Shown here in pieces: positions 49,047 to 50,259 of a stretch of DNA of 50,259 bases. Source of the DNA: Deltaproteobacteria bacterium (lineage in GTDB: Bacteria; Myxococcota_A; UBA9160; SMWR01); the NCBI GenBank assembly GCA_032128375.1, contig JAQBGU010000087.1, forward strand, positions 1 to 50,259. The letters are read 5' to 3'. Under the pieces are notes generated by a model. That model did not search any database. It was not told the origin of the DNA and saw only the letters and a list, made by a program, of their open reading frames with translations. Position 1 is the stretch's first letter; each line of letters starts with the position of its first letter. The position numbers were made by a program, and so were the translations under genes.

Positions 49047-50259
49047 TCAGTTGGCGGCATTGGGCGCGTTCTGCAGTGATTCCAAAACCTTGTCGAGCGA
49101 GAAACTGCCGACCTTCTGACGCTGCGGAAACTCCTTGAACGTGCTCAGGAACCTCGCGACGTATTGCTGCGCCGGCACGAGCACGAAGGCGTGCTCGACC
49201 CGCCAGCGGCCGTAGTCGATGGATTCATGGTCGGCGATCTCGAACGGATCAGAGCGCAGGTTGAACAGTTTCGGGAAGCGAAGTGTCACGAACGGGTCCT
49301 GCCATACGTCCAGGCCCTTCGCGCGTTGTTCCGAAAAAACCAGCTTCCACTGGTTGTAGCGCAGAGCAACCAGTTGGCCGTCGTCGTTGAAGTAGAAGAA
49401 GTCGTTGCGAGGGCTGGGCGCCGCGCCGGCGAGGGCATCGGTGATGTTGTGGCCGTCGAGATGTACCTTGAACGTCTCCTTGCCGACCTTCATGCCATTG
49501 AGAAGCTTCTGCTTGACGTCCGGATCGCCCGCCGCAGCCAGAAACGTCGGCAGCATGTCTTCGTGGGAGAAGATGTCATTGAGCACAGTGCCGGGCGCGA
49601 TCGTGCCCGGCCAGCGAATAGCGGTAGGCACACGGAAACTGCCTTCCCAGTTTGTCGCCTTTTCGTTTCGGAAGGGCGATGTGCCGCCGTCGGGCCACGA
49701 GAACTTCTCGGCGCCGTTGTCGGTGGAGTACATGACGATGGTGTTCTCAACGAGGCCCAGCTCCTCGAGCTTGTCGAGAACCTGGCCGACCTGCCCGTCG
49801 TGCTCGACCATGCCGTCGGGATAGATGCCGAGCCCGGTCACACCCTCACTCGATTCCTTCAGCCGTGTCCAGATGTGCATCCGAGTGAAGTTCACCCACA
49901 GGAAGAAGGGTCTGCCGTCCTGTTTGGCGCGCTCCAGATAGTCCATCGATCCCTTGGCGATCTCGTCGTCGATGGTTTCCATTCGCTTCTTGGTGAGCGG
50001 CCCGGTGCTCTCGATCTTCTGGGTGCCGTCCGCATTGGCCCAGCTGTGGATCACGCCGCGCGTTCCGTACCTCTTCTGCAGCGCGGGATCCTTGAAGTAG
50101 TCGGGATGCTCCGGTTCGTCCTCGGCGTTCAGGTGATAGAGCGAACCGAAGAACTCGTCAAAACCGTGCGCGGTGGGCAGATGCGAATCGAGGTCGCCGA
50201 GGTGGTTCTTTCCGAACTGGCCGGTCATGTAGCCGCGCGCCTTCAGCAGCTCGGCGATG
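49047..50259 (-). CDS. Arylsulfatase, partial (5' end lies beyond the window)
   Basis: The frame is open to the window edge: IAELLKARGYMTGQFGKNHLGD, HGFDEFFG, YSTDNG, EKATNWEG and FNLRSDPFE. Confidence 0.93.
   Translation of the reverse strand, partial: IAELLKARGYMTGQFGKNHLGDLDSHLPTAHGFDEFFGSLYHLNAEDEPEHPDYFKDPALQKRYGTRGVIHSWANADGTQKIESTGPLTKKRMETIDDEIAKGSMDYLERAKQDGRPFFLWVNFTRMHIWTRLKESSEGVTGLGIYPDGMVEHDGQVGQVLDKLEELGLVENTIVMYSTDNGAEKFSWPDGGTSPFRNEKATNWEGSFRVPTAIRWPGTIAPGTVLNDIFSHEDMLPTFLAAAGDPDVKQKLLNGMKVGKETFKVHLDGHNITDALAGAAPSPRNDFFYFNDDGQLVALRYNQWKLVFSEQRAKGLDVWQDPFVTLRFPKLFNLRSDPFEIADHESIDYGRWRVEHAFVLVPAQQYVARFLSTFKEFPQRQKVGSFSLDKVLESLQNAPNAAN

Overview
This is a high-GC bacterial chromosomal segment from a diderm, LPS-containing organism. 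Gene content (lptD, lapA/B, glnD-xerD, PEP-CTERM proteins, a Hanks kinase) suggests a Myxococcota/deltaproteobacterial lineage (inference). Most of the window is housekeeping: queG, dcd, dtd, ccdA-tlpA, lptD, trpEGDCF, coaE, pheA-hisC-tyrA-rpsA-ihfB-lapA-lapB-mutS-amiC-glnD-xerD-tRNA nucleotidyltransferase, dGTPase, queE and a partial arylsulfatase. I found no tRNA, rRNA, CRISPR array or mobile element. The main points of interest are: (1) an unannotated 47-aa orphan PqqA-like RiPP precursor (3922-4065, minus); (2) a 982-aa protein that appears to join degenerate PD-(D/E)XK-like domains, an RG-rich/acidic disordered linker and a degenerate DHH-like domain, within a three-gene unknown cluster between dGTPase and queE; (3) two PEP-CTERM surface proteins, an ADAM-like metzincin coupled to an unknown partner and a cyclophilin; (4) a possible aroA-cmk deletion scar with a heptamer repeat between tyrA and rpsA. 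All family calls come from motif reading by eye. No database searches were run.
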